This document shows positions 1-7,551 of a DNA stretch of 24,218 nt, one piece after another. The position numbers and the translations under genes were made by a program. The DNA is from Leidyana gryllorum EB-2025a (Eukaryota; Protista; Apicomplexa). Positions within the stretch are counted from its first letter, which is position 1; each line of letters begins with the position of its first letter. Where the stretch lies: the NCBI GenBank assembly GCA_048772705.1, contig JBLWGC010000018.1:1-24218 (forward strand), in the 5' to 3' direction. A model generated the notes under the pieces. The model did no database searches. It had not been told where the DNA came from and worked only from the letters and a program-made list of their open reading frames with translations.

Positions 1-14
1 TGAAAGTTGCGAGC

Positions 15-87
15 TACAGCCACCGAGGATCGAACTCGGGACCTTCTGCGTGTTAAGCAGACGTCGTGACCACTAGACCATGGCTGC
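15..87 (-). tRNA. trnV: tRNA-Val(AAC)
   Basis: Full cloverleaf GCAGCCA..TGGCTGT-A; anticodon arm TCTGC-TTAACAC-GCAGA; GTTCGATC. Confidence 0.93.
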
Positions 88-150
88 AGCGAAGGTCCCG
101 CAGACCACGAGAAGTGGCGAGGCTTCACGGAAAAGTGAAGACCAGTTTCG

Positions 151-222
151 AGGTCGCGCCGGGAATCGAAGCTAGGTCGGGAGATTTAGATTCTCCAGTG
201 CTAACCACTACACCACGTAACC
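151..222 (-). pseudogene. tRNA-Gln-derived pseudogene, anticodon reads CTA
   Basis: Copy of Gln(CTG) 9781-9852; loop ATCTAAA; T-stem broken (CTAGC/CCCGG). Confidence 0.8.
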
Positions 223-347
223 GATTCAGTCCTTCCCGAAAAAGAGTTGGTAGAGCCATCCGGACTAGCGCTCCTCAACTGGACACATGCAGCACGCGTC
301 TCTCTACTGACCCGCGACTCTCTACTGACCTTTGAAATATTGTAATC

Positions 348-398
348 GGCTCTTGTGTCTTAGTCGGCAGAGTGTGTGTTTGTAAAATACAAACTCGG
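348..398 (+). pseudogene. decayed tRNA-Asn 5' relic
   Basis: Aligns to Asn 19417-19489 and carries the Asn upstream flank. Confidence 0.55.
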
Positions 399-518
399 AA
401 ATCCGGGCTCAGAGGCAACCTTCACACATACTGCGATGCCCAGGTCTGTCCAAGGGCTACAAGGCACAATTATCTCAGCTCGGGAAATAAATAGCGGCAG
501 GTGAAGCCGTACGAAGTT

Positions 519-591
519 TGGACGACCTGGGCATCGATCCCAGTACCTCTCGCATGCTAAGCGAGCGCTCTACCATTTGAGCTAGTCGCCC
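519..591 (-). tRNA. trnA: tRNA-Ala(AGC)
   Basis: CTCGC-TTAGCAT-GCGAG; G3:U70; eukaryotic GGATCGA T-loop. Confidence 0.93.
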
Positions 592-678
592 GTTGTGCAG
601 ATTCCGTCGATTTTTTTGTTCTCAACATCGTATGACCACTCTCTCGACTGTACTCAGCGGGTTGCTCGACCGACAGCC

Positions 679-750
679 GGCTGTTTGGCCTAGTGGTATG
701 ATTCTTCCTTCGGGTGGAAGAAGTCCTGGGTTCGATTCCCAGAACAGCCC
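679..750 (+). tRNA. trnP: tRNA-Pro(CGG)
   Basis: CTTCC-TTCGGGT-GGAAG; one D-stem substitution. Confidence 0.85.
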
Positions 751-831
751 CGTTGGTTGTCGGTTGACCCGACGCTCTATCTCATCCCAAGATGGTACGG
801 CTCTCGTCCAAAGCTGCAGCTCAGGAAGTTG

Positions 832-903
832 TCCACTGTAGTCTAAGTGGCTAGGTTATGCGGCTCTCACCCGTACATCCGGGTTCAAGACCCGGCAGTG
901 GAA
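832..903 (+). tRNA. trnE: tRNA-Glu(CTC), variant
   Basis: TGCGG-CTCTCAC-CCGTA; D-stem change and 1-nt variable-loop deletion. Confidence 0.7.
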
Positions 904-971
904 GCTACTCGAGCAAAGTGCCTCAGTAATCCCCGTCAATAGTGACTGATTCTTGATCTTCGGCCTGGATT

Positions 972-1043
972 GCCTTCTTAGCTTAGGGGCAGAGCATTCG
1001 CTTAGTAAGCGAAAGGTCGCCGGTTCGATTCCGGCAGAAGGCT
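972..1043 (+). tRNA. trnT: tRNA-Thr(AGT)
   Basis: TTCGC-TTAGTAA-GCGAA; intact stems. Confidence 0.92.
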
Positions 1044-1071
1044 CGACTGCATCGACTAGGCACCTGCAAGC

Positions 1072-1120
1072 GGTAAGTCTCTTAGCCACGAAGCCGCAGG
1101 TTTGGAACCTGCCGGTACCT
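1072..1120 (+). pseudogene. decayed tRNA-Asn 3' relic
   Basis: CCACGAAGCCGCAGGTTTGGAACCTGCC vs Asn CCACAAAGTCGCAGGTTCGAAACCTGCC. Confidence 0.6.
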
Positions 1121-1135
1121 GAGGCACCCACAGGG

Positions 1136-1207
1136 GGCTGTTTGGTCTAGTGGTATGATTCTTCCTTCGGGTGGAAGAAGTCCTGGGTTCGACTCCCAGA
1201 ACAGCCC
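1136..1207 (+). tRNA. trnP: tRNA-Pro(CGG)
   Basis: Intact cloverleaf. Confidence 0.93.
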
Positions 1208-1321
1208 GTCTGATAGTTGTTGACGCAACAAGGCACTCGGCCCATCCCGAGACAATGTCCCTGACAGCTAAGACAGGATCTGAGTTGTTGACTCAACAGG
1301 CTACAACCCGACCATTCGCCC

Positions 1322-1394
1322 AGACGCTACTGGGACTCGAACCCAAAATCCCCGGTTCCGTAGACCGATGCCATATCCATTAGGCCATAGCGCC
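1322..1394 (-). tRNA. trnR: tRNA-Arg(ACG)
   Basis: TCGGT-CTACGGA-ACCGG; A20. Confidence 0.92.
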
Positions 1395-1516
1395 GACTAA
1401 CGGAGCCGTCAAATGGAAGTGTGTAGCGATCGAGAGAGGACATGGGCAGCTACGCCCGATCGTGGGTTTGGACAGGCTTAACCTACATCTCCCATTCGAG
1501 ACATCGGTGGACATAC

Positions 1517-1588
1517 TATCCAAGCCAGGATTCGGGCCTGGGTATGCACGGCCACAACTTGCTGTTGTAAGCACCAGACGACCCGGAC
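1517..1588 (-). pseudogene. decayed tRNA-His(GTG) relic
   Basis: 72 nt; loop TTGTGGC; T-stem CCAGG/CCTGG with mutated CCCGAAT loop; D-loop GG lost. Confidence 0.65.
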
Positions 1589-1664
1589 GATCTTCAAGTG
1601 AGGCTGGTGGGTACCAAAGCCACTTAAGATGTCGGGCTATCGGGTTTTTTGTCCTTGCATTCCT

Positions 1665-1737
1665 GCCGCCCTAGCTCAGTCGGTAGAGCGCAAGACTCTT
1701 AATCTTGCAGTCGCGGGTTCGAGCCCCGCGGGCGGTG
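1665..1737 (+). tRNA. trnK: tRNA-Lys(CTT)
   Basis: CAAGA-CTCTTAA-TCTTG; intact. Confidence 0.94.
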
Positions 1738-1797
1738 TGCATCTGTTTCGCTGGGAGTAAGAATGGAACTGTTGCCTACAAGCACACTCAGCTGGAT

Positions 1798-1870
1798 TTC
1801 CACTGCCGGGACGTGAACCCGGATCGTGCGGGTGAGAGCCGCATATCCTAGCCACTTAGACTACAGTGGA
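1798..1870 (-). tRNA. trnE: tRNA-Glu(CTC), T-loop variant
   Basis: Intact stems; T-loop TTCACGT (A58 changed). Confidence 0.78.
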
Positions 1871-1956
1871 CGAGTCACAACAGTTGCACTGACGAATGAG
1901 GCGCCAGAGAACTGTGAGTCGGTCTCAGATTGGAAGTTCACCTAGGTTTGGCGGGT

Positions 1957-2003
1957 GGGCGGCTATCTCAAGTGGTAGAGCGGTGACTTGGCAGGCGAGA
2001 GGT
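1957..2003 (+). pseudogene. tRNA-Ala 5' fragment (also ~13902-13948, ~22636-22680)
   Basis: GGGCGGCTATCTCAAGTGGTAGAGCG...; no T-arm. Confidence 0.7.
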
Positions 2004-2088
2004 CAGTTTAGACACCTATCAATGCCGCAGGACAGGCTGAACATGGGGGCATTTGGTCACTCCTCGCGGCATGCCGAATTCGACCGTT

Positions 2089-2170
2089 GGCAACTTGCCC
2101 GAGTGGTTAAGGGGGTAGACTTGAAATCTACTGGGTCTGGCCCGCGCTGGTTCGAATCCAGCAGCTGTCG
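2089..2170 (+). tRNA. trnS: tRNA-Ser(TGA)
   Basis: GTAGA-CTTGAAA-TCTAC; long variable arm; one acceptor mismatch. Confidence 0.85.
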
Positions 2171-2252
2171 TTCGATGTGATTGGAGGGGCAGACAACAAC
2201 TCAAGCCTGAAACCCCAGAATAGTGCCTGAATCAACCATCTGCCATCTTCTC

Positions 2253-2322
2253 TGCATCTGTGGGAATCGAACCTGGGTCGTCTAGGCGGCAACGACACAG
2301 TCTACCACTAAACCACAAATGC
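2253..2322 (-). pseudogene. tRNA-Gly(GCC) pseudogene
   Basis: Anticodon and T stems disrupted vs 4805-4875. Confidence 0.75.
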
Positions 2323-2462
2323 GTGACACCTCCATTCCTGAATACAGAACGAAGGGTCTTAACTACTCCAGGCTGTCCAACTTAGGCCGGTACATATGAA
2401 CCAGGCTCATCGGATACGCGTTTCCAGAGACACACGCCCCTTCGGCAGTCCGGAAGCTCCGT

Positions 2463-2532
2463 GCAGCCATCTAGCGGTCACGACGTCTGCTTAAAACGCA
2501 AAAGGTGCGGAGTTCAATCCTCGGTGGCTGTA
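2463..2532 (+). pseudogene. tRNA-Val pseudogene
   Basis: 3-nt GGT deletion at D-stem; anticodon mutated to AAA. Confidence 0.8.
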
Positions 2533-2584
2533 ACACACATCGTTCAGGCAAGCATCACGGAATCTAGAGCGGAAGACGATCTAT

Positions 2585-2656
2585 CTCCGAGACCGGGAAT
2601 CGAACCCGGGTCTTCCGCGTGACAGGCGGAAATACTAACCACTATACTATCTCGGA
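2585..2656 (-). tRNA. trnD: tRNA-Asp(GTC)
   Basis: TCCGC-CTGTCAC-GCGGA; intact. Confidence 0.94.
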
Positions 2657-2750
2657 CGCTCCGAACACACCGGCCTGAAACCCCAAAAGTCCTCCCTTCT
2701 CGAGACTTCACGGACAGAAAGCGTGTAAAGTGGCGAGCCAAGGGCACTCC

Positions 2751-2823
2751 GGCAAGATGGCCGAGTGGTCCAAGGCGAAGGCCGCAGTCCGAAAGGGCGT
2801 GGGTTCGAATCCCACTCTTGTCA
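2751..2823 (+). pseudogene. tRNA-Leu pseudogene
   Basis: 5' strand of anticodon stem deleted vs 23433-23512. Confidence 0.82.
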
Positions 2824-2889
2824 ACTGTTGTATTGTATTGAGTCGTCCCTCTCTTCACCTATAGACAGGTCGTTCGAGCTACATACGGC

Positions 2890-2960
2890 TGCACCTGCCG
2901 GGACTCGAAGCCGGGTTACGACCTTGGAAGGGTCGCATCTTATCCTTAGACCACAAGTGC
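2890..2960 (-). tRNA. trnG: tRNA-Gly(TCC), variant/possible pseudogene
   Basis: CGACC-CTTCCAA-GGTCG; G53C and D-loop change. Confidence 0.65.
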
Positions 2961-3166
2961 AATTGCGAAAAATCTGCAGCACCCCGAGAGACTCGGGCAA
3001 TTTCTACTTCCAGCTGTCTGCAACCTACGGGGATCGAATCGAGCACTTTCACGGACGAAGGAAACTGATACCACTAGCACTTCAACTCGACATGCGGGGC
3101 AGCGGCTCCCATGCAGCTAGCAAGCTTGCCTCGGTCGAAACAGAACGTCTTCCGAGTGAGAGGCTA

Positions 3167-3239
3167 TGATGCGGATGGGACTCAAACCCACAACTCCCGG
3201 TTCCGAAGACCGATGCCCTATCCATCAGGCCACCGCACC
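3167..3239 (-). tRNA. trnR: tRNA-Arg(TCG), T-loop variant
   Basis: TCGGT-CTTCGGA-ACCGG; TTTGAGT (C56T). Confidence 0.75.
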
Positions 3240-3337
3240 ATGGATAGGCTTCGGTCATCTCGATACTGGTTGGGTGAAAGAGGAGACACCTTGGGCAGCC
3301 GGTTCTGTCCCACTCAAAAGTCGGATGCGTCCCGAAT

Positions 3338-3410
3338 GCGGTTGTGGAGCAATGGATAGCGCGTTGCCCTCCTAAGGCAAAGGTTGAGGGTTCGAGTCCC
3401 TCTAGCCGTT
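3338..3410 (+). tRNA. trnR: tRNA-Arg(CCT)
   Basis: TTGCC-CTCCTAA-GGCAA; one D-stem mismatch. Confidence 0.85.
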
Positions 3411-3526
3411 TCCTGCGTGCCTTCGTTTGTGCAAAGTGGAGCACAAACAGGTGGAAGTGATCCATGCAGTTGGGAGATTGGTCATACCATGTAAAAAAGA
3501 AATGGATGTACTGGGGTTTGCTAAAT

Positions 3527-3600
3527 GGGCGACTAGCTCAAATGGTAGCTCGCTACGCTTAGCGTGCGAGAGATACTGGGATCGATGCCCAGGTCGTCCA
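3527..3600 (+). pseudogene. tRNA-Ala(AGC) pseudogene
   Basis: D-stem substitutions and insertion in anticodon stem. Confidence 0.75.
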
Positions 3601-3613
3601 AAGTACGTACGGC

Positions 3614-3663
3614 TGCACGTGCCGGGATCTCACCATCTTTGAAGGGTCGCAGACCACAATTGC
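3614..3663 (-). pseudogene. internally deleted tRNA-Gly(TCC) relic (also ~4169-4229 +, ~17317-17373, ~20003-20060)
   Basis: Retains both acceptor strands and GAAGGGTCGC of 12959-13029 plus its flank. Confidence 0.65.
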
Positions 3664-3707
3664 CAATGCGAGAGCAGCGCAGTCAGTGTCTAGCGTGCCT
3701 CTGAAAG

Positions 3708-3780
3708 CGCTCCTGGCAGGTTCCGAGCCTGCGACTTTGCGGTTAACAGCCACACCCTCTGCTGCCTGAGCTACAAGACC
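3708..3780 (-). pseudogene. tRNA-Asn(GTT) pseudogene
   Basis: Multiple substitutions including D-loop and T-loop. Confidence 0.78.
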
Positions 3781-3875
3781 CCTTACAATGTTTCAGAGGT
3801 GAGTAGAGAGACCCTCCTCTTCCTACAACAGTTCGCACGGGGTGCCCGAGGGAAGGTGTAATCAGTTACAGTCTC

Positions 3876-3957
3876 GGCGAGGTGGCCGAGCGGTTAAGGC
3901 GGCGGCCTGCTGAGCCGTTGGGTTTTACCGGCGTGAATTCGAATCTCACCCTTGTCG
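3876..3957 (+). pseudogene. tRNA-Ser(GCT) variant/pseudogene
   Basis: G53A, A37G, variable-arm mismatch vs 6645-6726. Confidence 0.7.
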
Positions 3958-4242
3958 GTAGCATTCGCGGAGAGCGCAATTGCTTCAATGATTGAAGTGA
4001 GCTTTCTGTCCGACTCAAATCCAACGCTCTACGCTGGGCGCTATATACAGGAGCCAATTAAATTTTCCAGACGTCAGTAGAGAGACCCGTGTTGCGTGTG
4101 TCCAGTTGAGGAAGCGCTAGTCCGGCTTCAGAGGCACCCTAGACATTGACTGCGGTGCTCTCCCAATGGCACTTGTGGTTCGCGACCCTTCAAAGATGAC
4201 AACGATGGGTTTGAATCCGGCCACGTGCAGCCGTACGTACTT

Positions 4243-4280
4243 TGGACGACCTGGGCATCGATCCCAGTACCTCCGCGCAT
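4243..4280 (-). pseudogene. tRNA-Ala 3' fragment
   Basis: T-arm and acceptor 3' strand only. Confidence 0.7.
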
Positions 4281-4329
4281 CGTGGGGGCATGCTGGGATG
4301 AAGTCGCAGGTTGTCCTGACTACAACGCC

Positions 4330-4409
4330 TGACAAGAGTGGGATTCGAACCCACGCCCTTTCGGACTGCGGCCTGAACACAGCACCTTGGACCACTCGGC
4401 CATCTTGCC
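4330..4409 (-). tRNA. trnL: tRNA-Leu(CAG)
   Basis: CTGTG-TTCAGGC-CGCAG; variable arm TCCGAAAGGGC. Confidence 0.9.
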
Positions 4410-4503
4410 GAAATGTTGTTGGCTCGCCGCCCCACGCGTTTTCTATCCGTAGAATCTCAAAATGGAAGAACGTCTGGGGTTGGAGGCCGGCGTATCCAGA
4501 GCG

Positions 4504-4558
4504 TCCGAGATAGTATAGCTATCACGCGGAAGATCAGGGTCGATTCCCGGTCTCGGAG
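4504..4558 (+). pseudogene. tRNA-Asp internal-deletion pseudogene
   Basis: D-loop to anticodon 5' strand deleted. Confidence 0.8.
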
Positions 4559-4611
4559 CACAGTTCGTTTTTCCGCTTCAGATTTCGTGGTGCTCAGATA
4601 AAGTTGCGAGC

Positions 4612-4684
4612 TACAGCCACCGAGGATCGAACTCGGGACCTTCTGCGTGTGAAGCAGACGTCGTTACCACTAGACCATGGCTGC
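4612..4684 (-). tRNA. trnV: tRNA-Val(CAC)
   Basis: TCTGC-TTCACAC-GCAGA; intact. Confidence 0.92.
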
Positions 4685-4804
4685 GCGGAGCTTTCGGACT
4701 GTGAAAGGGGCGTGTGTCTCCGGAAACAGGTATCTGATGAGGGGCGAAAACCACGGAATGCTATCAGGTCTGCACAGCGGGCGACTAGCTCAACAAGATA
4801 TTAT

Positions 4805-4875
4805 GCATCTGTGGTCTAGTGGTAGAATGTCTCGTTGCCATCGAGATGACCCGGGTTCGATTCCCGGCAGATGCA
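4805..4875 (+). tRNA. trnG: tRNA-Gly(GCC)
   Basis: TCTCG-TTGCCAT-CGAGA; intact. Confidence 0.94.
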
Positions 4876-4951
4876 GAAGACACAGTTGGTTTTCCCACCA
4901 TTCCAGGGATTCACGCTTGAGTTGGTGTCTGACACCTCCGATCACATCGCA

Positions 4952-5034
4952 CGACAACTGCTGGATCTGCACCAGCCCGGCCCAGGCCCTGTAGAGATCA
5001 AATCTTCTCCCCTTCCCCACTCGGGCAAGTTGGC
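4952..5034 (-). pseudogene. decayed tRNA-Ser
   Basis: Colinear with Ser(NGA) body, many substitutions. Confidence 0.72.
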
Positions 5035-5131
5035 AACTGTCGAACTTAGTAACAGATACCATCCGTATTCGTCGTAGAATGTTGGGGCTTCTTCGGGTCG
5101 AGGGCAACTCTGTATCACAGATCCACTCCCT

Positions 5132-5205
5132 TGGTCACGTCCGGGCTCGAACCGGGGACCTTGAGCTTATTAGGCTCACGCTCTAACCGACTGAGCTACG
5201 CGACC
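5132..5205 (-). tRNA. trnI: tRNA-Ile(AAT)
   Basis: TGAGC-CTAATAA-GCTCA; one T-stem end mismatch. Confidence 0.88.
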
Positions 5206-5324
5206 GCCTCCGACGACAGATGGCACCGATTCACTTACTTGATGCCTCTGCGTCGCCACTGCAATCCTTAGCATGTACTGCTGGTGTTTTGAGCCCAGCC
5301 GCCTACTCCGATGATCGCAGCACA

Positions 5325-5406
5325 CGACAACTGCTGGATTTGAACCAGCGCGGGCCAGGCCCAGTAGATTTCTAGTCTACCCCCTAAACCACTCGGGCAA
5401 GTTGCC
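5325..5406 (-). tRNA. trnS: tRNA-Ser(AGA)
   Basis: GTAGA-CTAGAAA-TCTAC. Confidence 0.9.
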
Positions 5407-5474
5407 GCTGTCGAACTTGGCATTTTGCGGCCAGTGGCTTCACATACGATTCAGCGAGCTTTACTAGGACTGCT

Positions 5475-5540
5475 CGCGCCGCCCGAACCCGCGGTTCTCA
5501 CTTCAAAAGTCTTGCGCTCTACTGACGGAGTTGGGGCGGC
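5475..5540 (-). pseudogene. decayed tRNA-Lys(TTT) relic (also ~7837-7902, ~10351-10416, ~15409-15475 +)
   Basis: GCCGCCCCAACTCCGTCAGTAGAGCGCAAGACTTTT with rearranged 3' half. Confidence 0.7.
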
Positions 5541-5710
5541 AAGGAAGCTCGCCCCGTACCCGAGGAAGGCCCCAGATTCCACGATCAATACAAATGGAAT
5601 TGGTTACTAAGTCCGAATCTGTATCAGAGATCCACTCACTTGATCACGCCGACATACCATGTTTTCCAAGACGGTACGGCTCTCGGCCGAAGCCCCAACT
5701 CAACCACTCG

Positions 5711-5781
5711 TCCACTGTAGTCTAAGTGGCTAGGATATGCGGCCTCACCCGCAAGCTCCAGGCTCAAGTCCGGCAGTGGAA
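5711..5781 (+). pseudogene. tRNA-Glu pseudogene
   Basis: 6-nt anticodon loop, broken T-arm. Confidence 0.8.
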
Positions 5782-5869
5782 GTCAGTGGTTGAGGTCAGT
5801 GGAATACTCGAGCAAAGTGCCCAGCAATCTCCGTCAATAGTGTCTGATTCGTGATCTTCGGCCTGCATG

Positions 5870-5941
5870 GCCTTCTTAGCTTCGAGGCAGAGCATTCGCT
5901 TAGTAAGCGAAAGGTCGCCGGTTCAATTCCGGCAGGAGGCT
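5870..5941 (+). tRNA. trnT: tRNA-Thr(AGT), variant
   Basis: Intact stems; A14C in D-loop. Confidence 0.75.
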
Positions 5942-5974
5942 TCAGTCAGGAGCCCAAACATGGTTGCGATCTCC

Positions 5975-6023
5975 GCCCGCATTTTCGGACAGCGGCTTGC
6001 AGACAGCACTCGACCATCTCGCC
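5975..6023 (-). pseudogene. decayed tRNA-Leu relic (also ~7090-7136, ~8744-8790 +)
   Basis: GGCGAGATGGTCGAGTG...CCGCTGTCCGAAA with D-arm deletion and Leu upstream flank. Confidence 0.6.
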
Positions 6024-6118
6024 GAAGTGTTGTTGGCTCGCCGTTCCACCCGTTTCCCGTCCGTGTAATCTCAAAATGCGAGGACTTCTGGGGTTGGAGG
6101 CCGGCGTGTTTACTAGCG

Positions 6119-6190
6119 TCCGAGATAGTATAGTGGTCAGTATTTCCGCCTGTCACGCTGAAAACCCGGGTTCGATTCCCGGTCTCGGAG
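6119..6190 (+). tRNA. trnD: tRNA-Asp(GTC), variant
   Basis: One anticodon-stem mismatch (GCTGA). Confidence 0.75.
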
Positions 6191-6245
6191 CACAGTTGGT
6201 TTCGCTTAAGATTGTCTTTTTTGGTGCGTGCTGAAAGTTGCGAGC

Positions 6246-6318
6246 TACAGCCACCGAGGAACGAACTCGGGACCTTCTGCGTGTAAAGCAGACGTCGTAA
6301 CCACTAGACCATGGCTGC
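6246..6318 (-). tRNA. trnV: tRNA-Val(TAC), T-loop variant
   Basis: TCTGC-TTTACAC-GCAGA; TTCGTTC. Confidence 0.78.
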
Positions 6319-6382
6319 ATGGATGCTCCCCGCAGCCCAAGAGAAGTGGCGAAGCTTCAGGGAGTAGTGAGGACCAGTTCAA

Positions 6383-6452
6383 GGGTCGGGCCGGGATCGA
6401 CCCCAGGTCGGGAAATCCAAAGTGTCCAGTGCTAACCACCAAGGACGCAATC
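6383..6452 (-). pseudogene. decayed tRNA-Gln(TTG)
   Basis: GGTTAGCACTGGACACTTTGGATTTCC; same position after Val as 151 and 9781 copies. Confidence 0.72.
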
Positions 6453-6644
6453 GGTTCAGCCCATCCCAGAACAGTCGGATTAGCGCTCCCTCAACTGGAA
6501 CACATGCAACACGGGTCTCTCTACTAACCTCTGAAGTATTGTAACTGGCTTTTGTATACAGCCCCCAGCGTAAAGCGTTGGATTCGAGTCGGCCAAAATC
6601 CTCAGTTCAATCATTGAAGCAGATGCGCTCTCCCCGAATGCTAC

Positions 6645-6726
6645 CGACAAGGGTGAGATTCGAACTCACGCGGGTAGAACCCAACGGCTTAGCAGGCCGC
6701 CGCCTTAACCACTCGGCCACCTTGCC
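6645..6726 (-). tRNA. trnS: tRNA-Ser(GCT)
   Basis: GCGGC-CTGCTAA-GCCGT; intact. Confidence 0.93.
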
Positions 6727-6835
6727 GACGACATGTCTTACTCGCTGGCACTTTTTCACAACGGTTTGGGGTCCTGGTCAAGCTTGCTGAACCGTATGTG
6801 ACATCACTGGCCGCAAAATGCCGAGTTCGACAGGT

Positions 6836-6917
6836 GGCAACTTGCCCGAGTGGTTAAGGGGGTAGACTCGAAATCTACTGGGCCTGGCCCGCGCTGGTTC
6901 AAATCCAGCAGTTGTCG
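6836..6917 (+). tRNA. trnS: tRNA-Ser(CGA)
   Basis: GTAGA-CTCGAAA-TCTAC; intact. Confidence 0.93.
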
Positions 6918-6981
6918 TGCGATGTGGTGGAAATGATGCAATTCCCAGCATCAAAAACTCATATGGGTCGAGACAGGGAAT

Positions 6982-7053
6982 GCCTCCTTAGCTTAGGGGC
7001 AGAGCATTCGCTTTGTAAGCGAAAGGTCGCTGGTTCGATTCCGGCAGGAGGCT
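6982..7053 (+). tRNA. trnT: tRNA-Thr(TGT)
   Basis: TTCGC-TTTGTAA-GCGAA; intact. Confidence 0.92.
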
Positions 7054-7215
7054 TCAGTCATTAGCCTAAACATGGTTGCGATCATCCGCCCGCATTTTCG
7101 GACGGCGGCTTGCACACAGCACTCGGCCATCTTGCCGAAGTGTTACCCGTTTCCTGTCCGTGAAATCTCAAAATGCGAGGACTTCTGGGGTTGGAGGCCG
7201 GCATCTTTACTAGCG

Positions 7216-7287
7216 TCCGAGATAGTATAGTGGTCAGTATTTCCGCCTCTCACGCGGAATACCCGGGTTCGATTCCCGGTGTCGGAG
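7216..7287 (+). tRNA. tRNA-Asp body with CTC (Glu) anticodon
   Basis: TCCGC-CTCTCAC-GCGGA; G6:G67 mismatch shared with 23265-23336. Confidence 0.7.
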
Positions 7288-7339
7288 ATAGATCGTCTTC
7301 CGCTCTAGATTTCGTGATGCTCACCTGAACGATGCGTGT

Positions 7340-7409
7340 TACAGCCACCGAGGATGGAACTCCGGACCTTCTGCGTGTTAAACAGACGTCGTGACCACTA
7401 GATGGCTGC
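7340..7409 (-). pseudogene. tRNA-Val(AAC) pseudogene
   Basis: Shared GGT deletion; T-arm changes. Confidence 0.8.
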
Positions 7410-7551
7410 ACGGAGCTTCCGGACTGCGAAAGGGGCGTGTGTCTCTGGAACCACGTATCCGATGAGCCTGGTTTTTATGTATCGGCCTAAGTTGGACGGC
7501 CTGGACTAGTTTTAAGACCCTTCGGTTTGTATTCAGGAATGGAGATGTTAC

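Larger units (their letters stand above)
1310..2180. repeat. Arg-psiHis-Lys-Glu-psiAla-Ser module, direct copy at ~13275-14120; partial inverted copies ~10535-10989 and ~20295-20948
   Basis: Colinear spacers. Confidence 0.88.
1798..3005. repeat. ~1.2 kb module Glu-psiAla-Ser-Gly-Val-Asp-Leu-Gly, direct copy at ~22477-23700
   Basis: Same gene order, orientation, spacers and shared Val GGT deletion. Confidence 0.9.
5320..5781. repeat. Ser-psiLys-spacer-Glu module, direct copies ~7685-8145 and ~10200-10535 (partial)
   Basis: Near-identical spacer GGAAGCTCGCCCCGTACCCGAGGAAGGC... Confidence 0.88.

Noticed and set aside
297-331. Short tandem duplication TCTCTACTGACC x2
   Set aside because: Local slippage in one copy of a common Asn upstream flank; no evidence of function.
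2023-2070. GCCGCGA...TGCGGCA (minus) as a Phe relic
   Set aside because: Only the ends are suggestive; there is no anticodon arm or D-arm support.
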